Virus record (IMG/VR): IMGVR_UViG_3300036820_000024
Location: 1 to 54,369 of that record
Length of the DNA stretch: 54,369 nucleotides
Direction: 5' to 3' (one strand)
Origin: a virus
Lineage: Duplodnaviria > Caudoviricetes
Position 1 is the first letter of the stretch. Each line of letters starts with the position of its first letter. The translations under genes were made by a program, and so were the position numbers. Positions 1-10,375 of this stretch are shown one piece after another. Under the pieces are notes generated by a model, which saw nothing but the letters and a program-made list of their open reading frames with translations, did no database searches and was not told the DNA's origin.

Positions 1-145
1 TAAAGATCGGCGAACGCTTGGAGCGCCGTTGGTTTTATAAACCCGTTTGGGGTTGTCACAAGTGCATAGCGGGGCAATTAACTGCCTGGTTGTACCTTGC
101 GCGGCTCATACGGTCGAATTTTAAACTTTTGATATACTTGCCCGG
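1..145. repeat. Terminal direct repeat, left copy (circular assembly overlap)
   Basis: Identical to 54225-54369 except position 19 (T vs G). Confidence 0.97.
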
Positions 146-245
146 TTTGGGGCATTACTCGATTATAGGGCATATTTTCGCTATTTGTGCCGCTATATAT
201 ATCTCGGAAATTTTTGCATATTACTATAACAACAAACTATCTTAA
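1..245 (+). CDS. 3' part of the junction-spanning CxxC membrane protein
   Basis: WGCHKCIAG followed by hydrophobic helices; the ORF-track TTG start at 18 results from the repeat mismatch. Confidence 0.75.
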   Translation, partial: KIGERLERRWFYKPVWGCHKCIAGQLTAWLYLARLIRSNFKLLIYLPGLGHYSIIGHIFAICAAIYISEIFAYYYNNKLS

Positions 246-248
246 TTT

Positions 249-761
249 ATGGAACTAAAAAAAATCAACTTCGACGACCCGCAATTTATTGCGAACGGTA
301 CACACTACCAGGTGCAAGGCTTTTTAAGTATTGAGCGGTATTGTGAGTTTCAAATTTTGGAGAAAGAGTTAGGTTACGGCTTAACCTTTAACGAAATGTA
401 CAAGCATTTGGATACCGCCGAAAAGCTATTAAACAAAACAAATTTTGTCGGTGCCGCCGTTCATATCAATAACATTAAACAGGGTATTTTAAAAGTCCAG
501 GAACGCGAACCCGTTATATTAAAAATTTGTGCCCTGTTTATTAATGCGGACGACGAGGATATCAAGACGATCAACGGGGATATGGTGGATAAAAAAATTA
601 AGGATTGGAAAACGGAGGGCATGGATATGAATAGTTTTTTTCTTGTGGCAGTCAATTCGGTAAATGGCTTTTTAGGCGCTTATCAGAACATTACCCGGAG
701 CATTACCGGGATATTGGAGGGGTCGTCAAAAGTACCAAAGGACGAAAAACCGGCGAATTGA
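249..761 (+). CDS. Tail assembly chaperone (gpG-like)
   Basis: Position before the tape measure; T TTT TTT slippery heptamer at 635-641. Confidence 0.7.
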   Translation: MELKKINFDDPQFIANGTHYQVQGFLSIERYCEFQILEKELGYGLTFNEMYKHLDTAEKLLNKTNFVGAAVHINNIKQGILKVQEREPVILKICALFINADDEDIKTINGDMVDKKIKDWKTEGMDMNSFFLVAVNSVNGFLGAYQNITRSITGILEGSSKVPKDEKPAN

Positions 762-952
762 CTGCCAAAAAAACGATATATCAAACCTGCCAGGACACAC
801 GTAACACCTGGCGGGAAATTTGGTTTAATATGGCCGACGGTAAGCAAAGCGAGTACGACCGTATTAAGGCCCTGGACGTCCTGGAGTTTTGGGGGGTTTT
901 CAACCTTTGGCGCGAGAAAGTAAAAAGAGACACTAAACAATATAAAAAATAA
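635..952 (+). CDS. -1 frameshift extension of the tail chaperone (gpT-like)
   Basis: The -1 frame opens right after TAG 632-634, at the T7 run, and stays open to 952. Confidence 0.7.
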   Translation, partial: FFSCGSQFGKWLFRRLSEHYPEHYRDIGGVVKSTKGRKTGELTAKKTIYQTCQDTRNTWREIWFNMADGKQSEYDRIKALDVLEFWGVFNLWREKVKRDTKQYKK

Positions 953-956
953 AGCT

Positions 957-3900
957 ATGCCCGATAACTATACCGTCCCGTTTGGGATTGACAGCAGCAA
1001 GTTTTTTAACGACATTAACCAAATGGACGCGGGCCTCGACAAGTTATCAGCCGGGGCCGCTGATGCCGCAAGCAATATGCAAAAAGCATTTAACGCGACG
1101 GCGCAATCTTCCGACAAGCTGGGGGCGTCCCTGGATGCCAACACCTCGGCGGTGCAAATCTTACGCGACCAGGCAGCAAAGGCGGGTGCTGATATTGCCA
1201 ACTCATTATCCGGAAAAGGTATTGATACGGCATTTAGTACCCGCGTTGCTGCGATTAAAAAGCAATTGCAAACCCTGGCAACAACTACAATCGATCTAAA
1301 CGTCGATTTTCCCGACGCCAAAATACAAGTATTGGAGGAACAAATTAAAGCCGCTACCAGCGCGACCGAGCAATTTAATACCGTTATCCAGTTTGCAAAA
1401 GATCAATTAGCTACAATGACGCCCGGCGGTCAATCATTCATTACGTTATCGACCCAAATACAGACAGCCGAGGAATTTTTACAAAGCCTTAACACCGCGA
1501 TTGCTCAAACGGTGCCAACCGCCGCCGAGTTATCCGAACAATTTAACCGCATATTTGGCGACCCTGGGCAATTCTTAAGCCAAAAAGAATTATTAGCCCT
1601 GGACGAAGCGTTAAGCACTACCAACAGCGACGCCGAGGCCCTCACGGCACAAGTAACGGCCCTATCTAATAAGCTGGCAACGCTCAAACCTGACAATGCC
1701 CAATTTGAGCAATTTACAACCGCCGTCCAGGCTGGCAATGAGGCACTCCAGGCAATGGGCGCAAGCGTCGTGCAAACCGCCGGGGCCGAGGATAACGCAA
1801 CCGCCTCGACCGTTAGTTATCGTACCCAACTAAGAAACATACGTGAGGAATTGGCAAACCTATACGCCGCTGGCTTGCAAAATTCGCAAGAATTTCAGGA
1901 CCTAACCGCAAAGGCGGCACAAGTCGGCAACGCGTTTGCAAATGCCAGCACGGCAATAAAAAACTTAAGCGCTAACGACGTTTATCTACGTGCCGGAACC
2001 GAGGCAATGACGGGTTTAGTGGGAGCCTTTACAGCAGCCCAGGGCGCGGCTGCATTATTTGGGGGTGAAAACAAAAAAACCCAGGAAACAATCGCCAAAG
2101 TAACCGGCGCGCTGGCAGTATTGCAAGGCGTCCAGGCAATCGCTAACGCCCTGCAAAAAGATAGCGCGTTAACCATTTTGTTAACCAAGAGTGCAAGGCA
2201 AGCCGATACCGTCGCCGCCGTTGAGGAAACGGTAGCGGTTGAGGGTGAAGCCGAGGCAACGGTTGCCGCAACCGCCGCAACCGAAGGGTTTACGCTGGCA
2301 TTGCTGGCAAACCCTTTGACGTTGATCGTTGCCGCGATAGCGTTAGCAATTGCCGGTTTGGTGGAATATATCAGCAAAACGGACGACGCAACCGACGCGA
2401 TCAATAAGGAAAACATTGCCCTTAAAGTCCAAAAAGAGAGTTACGACGATCAATTAAACGCCATTCAAAAGTCAACCGATTTGCAAGTCGCCCAGGCTCA
2501 ACAAGCTGGCGCCAAACAAAGCGAAATACAGGCCCGTACGATTTTCGGTTTACAGCAAGAATTAAAAGCCAGGCAGGATAATGTAAAACAGGTCGGGGCG
2601 CAATTGGACGAAATCCAAAAACTTGCGGACGCTTCCCCGGATAATAAGGATTTAGGTAAACAGTTAATCGACGTCGGCGAACAATATAAAAAGGCACTCG
2701 ACGACGTGTTTAACGCTACTCACGATCTCGAGGTTAAAGGCATTGAGCAACATACCGAAATTACAAAAGAGCACGAAGAGGTCGACGCGGCATTTTTGGC
2801 CGAGATGCAAAGCAATTACGCCGCCCGAAAGGCTATAATTTCAGCAACCCAGGGCTTCATAAAGGATGCCCATAAAGAGGAACAAGACGAGTTAACACAA
2901 AACAACGATAAGCAGTTGTTAAAGATAAAACAGGATGCCCAGGACAGGATAGACGTTGTAAACTCGTCTATCCAGGATATGAAGCAAAAGGTTAAGGAAA
3001 ACAACGCGCAAATTAGCCTTATAGGTGAGCAAGTGGGTACGGGCAATATTGACCCAGCCGTCGGCGCTAAACAGATAGCGGATTTACGGGCGCAAAATAA
3101 TTTAATCGCGACCGAGGAAAAGCGGGCCGGTGATGACATTGTGGCAATTAAAAATAATACTGGCTTGCAAATTTTCCAGGCTCAAAAAGAATTTGCACAA
3201 AAGCAGTTAGACCTTCAGTTATCGGCAAACCTGTTATTTGCCCAAAATACCGAAGCCGGTTTTCAGCACGACCAGGATGTTTTAAAAGCCCAATTTGAGC
3301 AACGAAACCAAACGATTATACAGCAGTTTGCAAACCGGAAGGATTTGATCGGGCATTTACTTGCGTCCAATACCGCCGCGTATGCTGATGCCCTGTTAAA
3401 GTTAATAGAGGCTAACCGTGAAAAGGTTTTAGACCAACAAAGCCAGTTAGACCAGTTGCAATTACAAAACTCGGGACAATTCGCGTTAGATAGCACAAAA
3501 CAGCAGGAACAATTACAGGTACAATTATTAGAAATTCAAATTAAGTACGCAAAACTTAAGCTGGACGGCATGGTGGACGACGGCACCAAAGAGAGCGAGG
3601 TAGCCATTGCCCAGCAGAAACTATTAATTGCAAATCTGCAAAACGGACTTAAACAAGCGACCGTAAAGGCGGGCACCGTTGATATTTTCGACGTCCTGGG
3701 GTTGGGGTCACTTTCGGACGATAGCAAAAAGGCACTTTCTGATGCATTGAGCGCCGTTACAAAGGGCCTCGGTCAAATACTGACAGCCGTAACGGACGGG
3801 TATAAGGCCCAAATACAGGCAAAGCAAACGTTAATCGACGCCGATACCGCCGCGCTTAATACCCTGACTAATCAGTTACAAACCGAGCAGGACCTACGGG

Positions 3901-4676
3901 CTAAGGGTTTAGCTAATAACGTCGCCGGTATCCAGGCACAAATAAACGCTAAAAACCAACAGATTGCGACCGAGAAAGCCCAGCAGACTAAATTAATAAA
4001 GCAAAACCAGGACGCCCAGCGCGCCCAGGCTGAAATTAACGCCGCCATTGAGGCCGGTAATTTAATCGTTGCCGCCTCAAATATTTTTAAATCACTTTCG
4101 GCAATTCCTTACGTCGGAGTTGCCCTGGCTATTGCCAGCGTCGCCGCAATGACAGCCGGTTATATTGCCGCCCAGGTAGGTATCTTTAAAGCCATTAACG
4201 CGCAAAACAGCGGAAGCCAGTTTGAGGGGGGCGGTTGGATTGAGGGGCAACCGCATAGCCGGGGCGGTCAAAAATACCGCTCGGTTGACGGGGGGGGCGG
4301 TTTACTCGAGTTAGAGGGGAGCGAGTTTGTTGTGAGAAAATCGGTTGCCGCAAAAAATGCTAACTTTTTAGAAGCCCTTAACGATGGGCAATTAACGGAG
4401 GACGATCTGCGGGAATTTTTACACGGTTCCGGTGTGTCGTTGAGCGTTGACGCCCCGTTAAAGGCTATCGGGGACGTTAAAGTACTGGACGCCGCTAAGG
4501 TTGGTTATTTTCACACGATGCAAAATAACAACTTCAGCGCCGACGACATAAGCGCGTTACGCGAGGGCGTCGAGTACATGGTTAACCTTAAGAAAACCGA
4601 ACCTAAACGCTGGGAGGATGCCAATTATTATTATTCCCAATTGGGTAACACTATTTCAAAAACCGCCAAAAAATGA
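957..4676 (+). CDS. Tail tape measure protein
   Basis: 1239 aa, Ala/Gln-rich helical sequence, hydrophobic LLANPLTLIVAAI segment, C-terminal FEGGG..G..HSRGG...LEGSEFVV motif. Confidence 0.9.
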   Translation: MPDNYTVPFGIDSSKFFNDINQMDAGLDKLSAGAADAASNMQKAFNATAQSSDKLGASLDANTSAVQILRDQAAKAGADIANSLSGKGIDTAFSTRVAAIKKQLQTLATTTIDLNVDFPDAKIQVLEEQIKAATSATEQFNTVIQFAKDQLATMTPGGQSFITLSTQIQTAEEFLQSLNTAIAQTVPTAAELSEQFNRIFGDPGQFLSQKELLALDEALSTTNSDAEALTAQVTALSNKLATLKPDNAQFEQFTTAVQAGNEALQAMGASVVQTAGAEDNATASTVSYRTQLRNIREELANLYAAGLQNSQEFQDLTAKAAQVGNAFANASTAIKNLSANDVYLRAGTEAMTGLVGAFTAAQGAAALFGGENKKTQETIAKVTGALAVLQGVQAIANALQKDSALTILLTKSARQADTVAAVEETVAVEGEAEATVAATAATEGFTLALLANPLTLIVAAIALAIAGLVEYISKTDDATDAINKENIALKVQKESYDDQLNAIQKSTDLQVAQAQQAGAKQSEIQARTIFGLQQELKARQDNVKQVGAQLDEIQKLADASPDNKDLGKQLIDVGEQYKKALDDVFNATHDLEVKGIEQHTEITKEHEEVDAAFLAEMQSNYAARKAIISATQGFIKDAHKEEQDELTQNNDKQLLKIKQDAQDRIDVVNSSIQDMKQKVKENNAQISLIGEQVGTGNIDPAVGAKQIADLRAQNNLIATEEKRAGDDIVAIKNNTGLQIFQAQKEFAQKQLDLQLSANLLFAQNTEAGFQHDQDVLKAQFEQRNQTIIQQFANRKDLIGHLLASNTAAYADALLKLIEANREKVLDQQSQLDQLQLQNSGQFALDSTKQQEQLQVQLLEIQIKYAKLKLDGMVDDGTKESEVAIAQQKLLIANLQNGLKQATVKAGTVDIFDVLGLGSLSDDSKKALSDALSAVTKGLGQILTAVTDGYKAQIQAKQTLIDADTAALNTLTNQLQTEQDLRAKGLANNVAGIQAQINAKNQQIATEKAQQTKLIKQNQDAQRAQAEINAAIEAGNLIVAASNIFKSLSAIPYVGVALAIASVAAMTAGYIAAQVGIFKAINAQNSGSQFEGGGWIEGQPHSRGGQKYRSVDGGGGLLELEGSEFVVRKSVAAKNANFLEALNDGQLTEDDLREFLHGSGVSLSVDAPLKAIGDVKVLDAAKVGYFHTMQNNNFSADDISALREGVEYMVNLKKTEPKRWEDANYYYSQLGNTISKTAKK

Positions 4677-6871
4677 GCAATATAAATAATTACCGCTATA
4701 CCCTTACGACCCGTCGCGGGGTTAAAACTGTTTATCCCCTCGGCGAAGGGGATTTTACTATTTCCTGGGCAAACCAAACCAGCGGCAAGCGATATTATAA
4801 AACCGATTTGCCAAATAACGTAATATTTTTTAAAGATGCTTACGACACTCTTTATAAACTCGAGACCTCGGTATACCGCTGCGAGTATATAAAAATTTTG
4901 GTTGAGCGACGTTGTACCCTGGGCGGCTTGGAAAATTGGGCTCCGTGGTTTACGGGGCGTTTTTTGTTAAATAGCGGCTCGTTTGATCTCGACCGGGAGC
5001 AAGTGGTTATAAAGGTCGATGATTTACAGGATTACAGTTGTTTTGACGACAACAATACCCTCCAGCTTAATTTATTTGACTTTGTGACGAACCGTTACCA
5101 GGTTAACACATACCCGCCCAATACCTCGGTTGAAAAAATCGACAAAACCAGCGTTTATTTAAGTAGTGAGCATGGGCGTTGCGTCGGTTATGCCTGGGAT
5201 GAACTTTATACAGCCGAAAGCGTCGGTTTTACCCCGTACTATAACGAAATTCGTACCGATTGGGTACCCGACCCTGACAATCCTATGGGGCCGGGGAGTC
5301 CCGTTCCTTACACTTGTACCATACACACGTCATACGCTCGGCAAAAAATGGTAGTTGCTTGCGGCGACCCGTCGCCCGGGTCTGACTGGATTTTATTAAC
5401 CGACACTTGCCCAGGCGGGGAGAAAACGTATGTACGGGGCGTCGGTACCTATGGTTGCACCCTTACGGACGAAACCCCCGATTTAGGCGGTTATCTTAAT
5501 CAGATTTGGAATTGCTTAATAGTTGGCGACTCCGACACGATCACGACAATAGATAATGGCATGTTATTGAGCGATTGTTTACAGTTGTTTTTAAATCAAT
5601 ATTGCGGCTCGATTTTGATAAAATCTAACTTTTTGCAGATCAACCCGGACGTCGTTAGCCCAAATAATTACGTAACGGGCGAACTATCCAAAACCGCCAA
5701 CGTGTTAGTTTTTCAGAAATCGGACGTTAAGCGCCCCAACGTTTCGGGTAACGCTACCATTGCACAAATCGACTGGACGGACCTGTTAACGTACGTCGTT
5801 ACCCTTTATAATTTGGCCTGGAGGTTTGAGTACGACGAGACCGGCGCGGTAACTGTTTTTCGTCTCGAGCACGTGAGTTATTACGACCCTGGAGTAGGCC
5901 TTGACCTCACGCAACCGAAATACGCCAAATACATGAATAATTTACGGCGTTACAGCTATAACAACCCCTCGATACCAGCCCAGGAAACGTTTAGTTTCAT
6001 GGAGGCCGTCGGGGCTGATTTTGTGGGGTTGCCAATCGTTTACGACGCCGGTTGTGTCACGGCTGAAAGCAGCCAAAATAATATTAACTATGCGTTGAGC
6101 AACTTAACGACTGAAGTGGCATTGTGTTTGAGTAACCCACCGTCGGACAGCTCTATCGTGTCGGACGATGGGTTTGTTTTTATCGCGTGTCAAAAGGACG
6201 GCGACGGTAATTTTTTTATTGTTTCGGAAAGCGGCATATTTAGCGGGAGCGCCTTAAATAATTCGTTAGCCTGGGCGCAATTACACCGGGATTATTGGAA
6301 ATATGAGCGCCCCGTTAAAGTCGGAAATATGAACGGGGCCGAGACTACGTTTATATCCATTATCCCAACAAAAAAAGGCGACGTTTTAACAATTCCTTTG
6401 TGCTGCGGGGATACTTTCGACCCGTCGTTAAAGGTATTAACACCCCTGGGTATCGGGAAAGTAGACAGCGCCGTTTATTCGTTCAAATCAAATACTTTGC
6501 AGCTTAGTTTATTGTATGACGCCAACCTGGATTTAACAACCAATACGCCGCCGGTAGCTGGCAACCTTACCGAAAGCGTTTACCAGCCCGAAAGTATCGA
6601 CATTGACGTCCTGGCCGTATGCTCGGACGTTGACCCCGATAGTTATTTTACGGCGGTTAATATCATTTACCCGCCTTTGCACGGGCACATTGACGTATTG
6701 GATAACATGCACGTACGCTATACCCCGGACGTTGGTTATATCGGTACTGATAGTTTCGTTTACGAAGTTTTGGACGACTGGAGCGAACCATCAAACCCGG
6801 CACTTGTCGCAATAAATGTTTATGGTGAATATGAGGCATTCACTTATACTTTTTCTTTAACTTTAGCATAA
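4673..6871 (+). CDS. Cys-rich tail tip/structural protein with C-terminal Ig-like (Big_9/cadherin-like) domain
   Basis: Follows the tape measure; NTPPVA...DVL..DVD..P.HG..YTPD.GY.GTDSFVY motif. Confidence 0.75.
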   Translation: MSNINNYRYTLTTRRGVKTVYPLGEGDFTISWANQTSGKRYYKTDLPNNVIFFKDAYDTLYKLETSVYRCEYIKILVERRCTLGGLENWAPWFTGRFLLNSGSFDLDREQVVIKVDDLQDYSCFDDNNTLQLNLFDFVTNRYQVNTYPPNTSVEKIDKTSVYLSSEHGRCVGYAWDELYTAESVGFTPYYNEIRTDWVPDPDNPMGPGSPVPYTCTIHTSYARQKMVVACGDPSPGSDWILLTDTCPGGEKTYVRGVGTYGCTLTDETPDLGGYLNQIWNCLIVGDSDTITTIDNGMLLSDCLQLFLNQYCGSILIKSNFLQINPDVVSPNNYVTGELSKTANVLVFQKSDVKRPNVSGNATIAQIDWTDLLTYVVTLYNLAWRFEYDETGAVTVFRLEHVSYYDPGVGLDLTQPKYAKYMNNLRRYSYNNPSIPAQETFSFMEAVGADFVGLPIVYDAGCVTAESSQNNINYALSNLTTEVALCLSNPPSDSSIVSDDGFVFIACQKDGDGNFFIVSESGIFSGSALNNSLAWAQLHRDYWKYERPVKVGNMNGAETTFISIIPTKKGDVLTIPLCCGDTFDPSLKVLTPLGIGKVDSAVYSFKSNTLQLSLLYDANLDLTTNTPPVAGNLTESVYQPESIDIDVLAVCSDVDPDSYFTAVNIIYPPLHGHIDVLDNMHVRYTPDVGYIGTDSFVYEVLDDWSEPSNPALVAINVYGEYEAFTYTFSLTLA

Positions 6872-6881
6872 TTTTTAACAC

Positions 6882-7217
6882 ATGGCAAACACAACGGTAG
6901 AAACTAAAATCACAGGTGATACATTTAGCGCTGATGAATGTAATAACATGGTTTCGGCAATTAATAGCAAGCAGGACGATTTAACAATCATCACTAAAAA
7001 TGAAAGCGATTTGATAGAAACATTTACAGGAAGCGGAGTATGGTATTTACCGTTTTTGGATAGTTTGGGAGATTCTCTTCCGGCCGACACTATCCCGCTA
7101 TTCATTCGCTACAATGGCACCCAATTTTTAGGCAATTATGATGAAACCACAACCCCTCCACGAATTTATAACTTTCCAAATAATTCCTCCGCAACTATCA
7201 AAATAACAACTAATTAA
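6882..7217 (+). CDS. Small tail-associated protein
   Basis: Tail module; N-terminal K.TGD.FSA.E.N...AIN resembles fibre-attachment segments. Confidence 0.55.
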   Translation: MANTTVETKITGDTFSADECNNMVSAINSKQDDLTIITKNESDLIETFTGSGVWYLPFLDSLGDSLPADTIPLFIRYNGTQFLGNYDETTTPPRIYNFPNNSSATIKITTN

Positions 7218-7228
7218 TATTTTATAAC

Positions 7229-10210
7229 ATGAAAAAAATAAACATTTTATTAACCTTAGTGGCGCTATCGTTAGCGCTAAAAGCACAAACATATACTCCA
7301 GCCGGCACAGTTGTGCAAAGGGCGCCAACGTCTAAAGGATATATATACCGCATTCCGCTGGGGATATATGGATATTTGAATATAAGGAGTAATGCTCAAA
7401 CTGATAGTTTAATATCATTGGCAGCGGTTAATGCTAATCAAGGCCTGACGCTTTCAGGCGACACTGTGGAGTTTGGAGGGACGATGTATAAAGACGCTGT
7501 GGTAACGGTTGGCGGACATTTGCTGAACTTTATCGTAAGCAATTCAACAAGCCCAGGCGTTAACGTTTCCAGTTTGGGAGGCAATAACTATGTTCAGATA
7601 GTGCCCCCTGACGGCCTTTTCGACCAGCCAGCGGGTATCACAATGGTAGATAGCTTAGGCAATCAAAGTAATTTAACAAGTCAAATATTTCAGGTATTTA
7701 ATCAGGCATATCCTACCGATCCGGCATTAAATGGATATGCCGGGGGTACAACGATTGGAGGTGCTTTTATGAGTATGTCAGGGGGGCAGGGAAATGGCGA
7801 TATGGTATTAGATACCGCGCAATTAGTAATTTCATATCAAAAATCAGGTACTAATAGTGCAGTGGAAATTCAACCAAATGCCGGGGAATTTATATTTTAT
7901 TACGATCAAGGGAGTACCAATCCTTCTGGTTTTTCATTAGACACTTTAACAGACTATCTACAAGATTATAATAATGTCCATTACGCTAAAGCGGGTTCAG
8001 ACGCTTCACACGTAATATTAGGGGATGGTACTTATGGCGCCTATAGCGGCGGCGGTTCCGGCACCATGACTTCCATAACCCCCGGCGTAGGCTTCTTATC
8101 TCACACCCCGATAACAACCTCCGGAACAATGGACGTTGACACGGCGACAACGGTGGCGAGTAAAACGTTCGCAGGTAGATACATTACGGCGGCAAGTACG
8201 AATACGTTAAGCAATAAAAACCTAACAGGGGCCGGAAATTCATTTCCAACCTTCAACCAGGCTACAACAAGCACGGCCGCAAATTTATCAGGCACCCCGG
8301 CATTACCGAACGGGACTACAGCGACAACGCAAACAACTGGCGATAATACCAGTAAGTTAGCTACGGACGCGTTTGTTAACTCTTCGGTGACGGCTGATAG
8401 TACATCATTATCGGCAAACTACCAAACGAGGCCGATCGGGCTTATCTATAAAACAGCGCCGACAACACTAACCGATTTTACCTATTCAGGCTTTACCCCA
8501 ACGGCGTCAAATGCCGGCATAACATTTACGGGCGGAAGCAACACGTTTACCCAAACGATGATTATTAACGGCATCACAAACAACGACCCGAACCAGGATA
8601 TCGTTGTCGGTTATAAGATCGGAGCTACCGGGCATGGATTGGGTATCGGCCGAAAATCAATCGATATACAGGCATCGCTCATTATTCAATATGATGAGAC
8701 CACGAATGCCTTAATATTTACAAGCCTTCAGGGCCCGACGACGTTGGCTACCATCCCGGCTAACTTTACTGTGTCTAATAACGATCTTTGCATTATAAGA
8801 CTTTCACAGCGAGAAAATGTAATTACCGGCACATTTACCGATGCATCGCTGACGGGAGCAACCTTTAGCTTTGCAGTGCCGCTTCAAACGGCTGGGTACA
8901 ATGTTCAAATACCAAATACCGCCGATATCTGCCTGTACAATATCGGCGGTACGCATACCGTATCAAACATTTCGGTAACGTCGAAATCATTATTTCGGCC
9001 GGATTTAATCCTGGTCGGCGACAGCAAAGTAGCGGGATTCGGGGTGTTTGGTCTCCCTTTCAGGTGGGCTAATCAATTAGGCCCATTGGGGAGCGTAGAG
9101 GTATACGCCGGCGGCGGCGACAAGGTGGCCGATATGCTGGCCGCACAGCCTTATATCCTTAAGTACGTCCAGCCGCGTAATGTTGGCATTTGTGTGCTGA
9201 GAAACAACCTTAGCGGCGGCACGTTAACATCCGGAAACAAAACCGACTACCAAACGCTGACAACGAATTACCTGGTTGGGTCTGCCGTCTATCATTTCCT
9301 GCCGATTACAGAAGAGTCAATACCCGATCAAAGCGCCATTACCACATTTATTGACGCCACTTATTCAAGCGCAAATATTATCGACCCATCTTCCGGTGTT
9401 ATAACCATCGACACCGCTACAATGCTGGCCGTGGACAAGATACATCTGAACTATTTGGGCGACCTGGCCGTTTCGACCAACATACTTCATGCCAATAAAA
9501 TTCCGCTTTCCAATCACGTTAGTCCGTTTATCCCGTCGGACCCGATAATTACTTATCCAGTCGTTTACACGTCGGGCAGGGCACTGTTTGGAAATGGCAC
9601 ATCAACCCCGGTTGTAAGCACAAACATCTTTGCAAGCGGCACATTCGTAGGGATAAACGCATCTTCACCTGGTGTGGCATTGGACGTTTCAGGAGCAAGG
9701 GTAAGGCTGTTAAGCGGTTCCGGGAGCGTAGGTTATCAAACTGGTGTGAGTGCTGTTACATACGGTAATTATGTTGCGTCATCATCGGCGCAATTCAGTA
9801 CAGATGCGGCGGTTGGCGATAATGTTCAGCAAGTGTCGAGCACATCGGAGGCAATTCTGTTTAATCTAAACGCTGGTGCCGGTGCGGCAGAGGTGGCATT
9901 AAGACATACCGGGCTTCTTACGACAGTTCCAATAAAGATAACATCGGCTACAACCTCGGTAACAGGAAGCACAAGCGGGACGGCGGTATTTAGCCAACCG
10001 GAAGCAGGCGGAACGATGAAAATTGTAATGATTCAGTTAACATCGCTAATTGGAACAGCATCATACACTTATCCTACTGCATTTGTAAACACTCCGGTAG
10101 TTTTGACAAGTTCGGGTTTATCTGGCAGTATAGCCACATCGGTGAGCACGACGGCGGTAACATGCACCGGGACGACAAGTACGGGGACTTTGATTTTAAT
10201 GGGATATTAA
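7229..10210 (+). CDS. Tail fibre/spike-like protein with SGNH/GDSL esterase domain and N-terminal signal peptide
   Basis: MKK-hydrophobic-LKA|QT leader; fibre motifs GTMTSIT...PITTSGT and LSGTPALP..TQTTGDNTSKLATDAFV; SGNH blocks VGDS, G, N and DKIH. Confidence 0.75.
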   Translation: MKKINILLTLVALSLALKAQTYTPAGTVVQRAPTSKGYIYRIPLGIYGYLNIRSNAQTDSLISLAAVNANQGLTLSGDTVEFGGTMYKDAVVTVGGHLLNFIVSNSTSPGVNVSSLGGNNYVQIVPPDGLFDQPAGITMVDSLGNQSNLTSQIFQVFNQAYPTDPALNGYAGGTTIGGAFMSMSGGQGNGDMVLDTAQLVISYQKSGTNSAVEIQPNAGEFIFYYDQGSTNPSGFSLDTLTDYLQDYNNVHYAKAGSDASHVILGDGTYGAYSGGGSGTMTSITPGVGFLSHTPITTSGTMDVDTATTVASKTFAGRYITAASTNTLSNKNLTGAGNSFPTFNQATTSTAANLSGTPALPNGTTATTQTTGDNTSKLATDAFVNSSVTADSTSLSANYQTRPIGLIYKTAPTTLTDFTYSGFTPTASNAGITFTGGSNTFTQTMIINGITNNDPNQDIVVGYKIGATGHGLGIGRKSIDIQASLIIQYDETTNALIFTSLQGPTTLATIPANFTVSNNDLCIIRLSQRENVITGTFTDASLTGATFSFAVPLQTAGYNVQIPNTADICLYNIGGTHTVSNISVTSKSLFRPDLILVGDSKVAGFGVFGLPFRWANQLGPLGSVEVYAGGGDKVADMLAAQPYILKYVQPRNVGICVLRNNLSGGTLTSGNKTDYQTLTTNYLVGSAVYHFLPITEESIPDQSAITTFIDATYSSANIIDPSSGVITIDTATMLAVDKIHLNYLGDLAVSTNILHANKIPLSNHVSPFIPSDPIITYPVVYTSGRALFGNGTSTPVVSTNIFASGTFVGINASSPGVALDVSGARVRLLSGSGSVGYQTGVSAVTYGNYVASSSAQFSTDAAVGDNVQQVSSTSEAILFNLNAGAGAAEVALRHTGLLTTVPIKITSATTSVTGSTSGTAVFSQPEAGGTMKIVMIQLTSLIGTASYTYPTAFVNTPVVLTSSGLSGSIATSVSTTAVTCTGTTSTGTLILMGY

Positions 10211-10249
10211 CTATTGACAAATAGGGAGTGGCTAAGAAAATACACCCAA

Positions 10250-10277
10250 TAAAAAGGGCATTTAAACGCCCTTTTTA
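10250..10277 (+). terminator. Intrinsic terminator
   Basis: AAAAAGGGC-loop-GCCCTTTTT. Confidence 0.7.
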
Positions 10278-10375
10278 TGTTTTAAATACCTTTAAAGTTG
10301 CCCGTTTTCTGATGCCTTAAGGACGAAAAAAGATCGTCGATTACAGGCCATTTTTAAAACAAAAAATTAATAAAC

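Noticed and set aside
1-145. Biological terminal repeat or att site
   Set aside because: Falls mid-gene with a length typical of assembly overlap; the single mismatch is probably a read error or variant
10309-10328. Hammerhead-like CTGATG...GGACGAAA in the leader of 10376
   Set aside because: Lacks the conserved A of CUGAnGA and a full stem II; no convincing stems I and III
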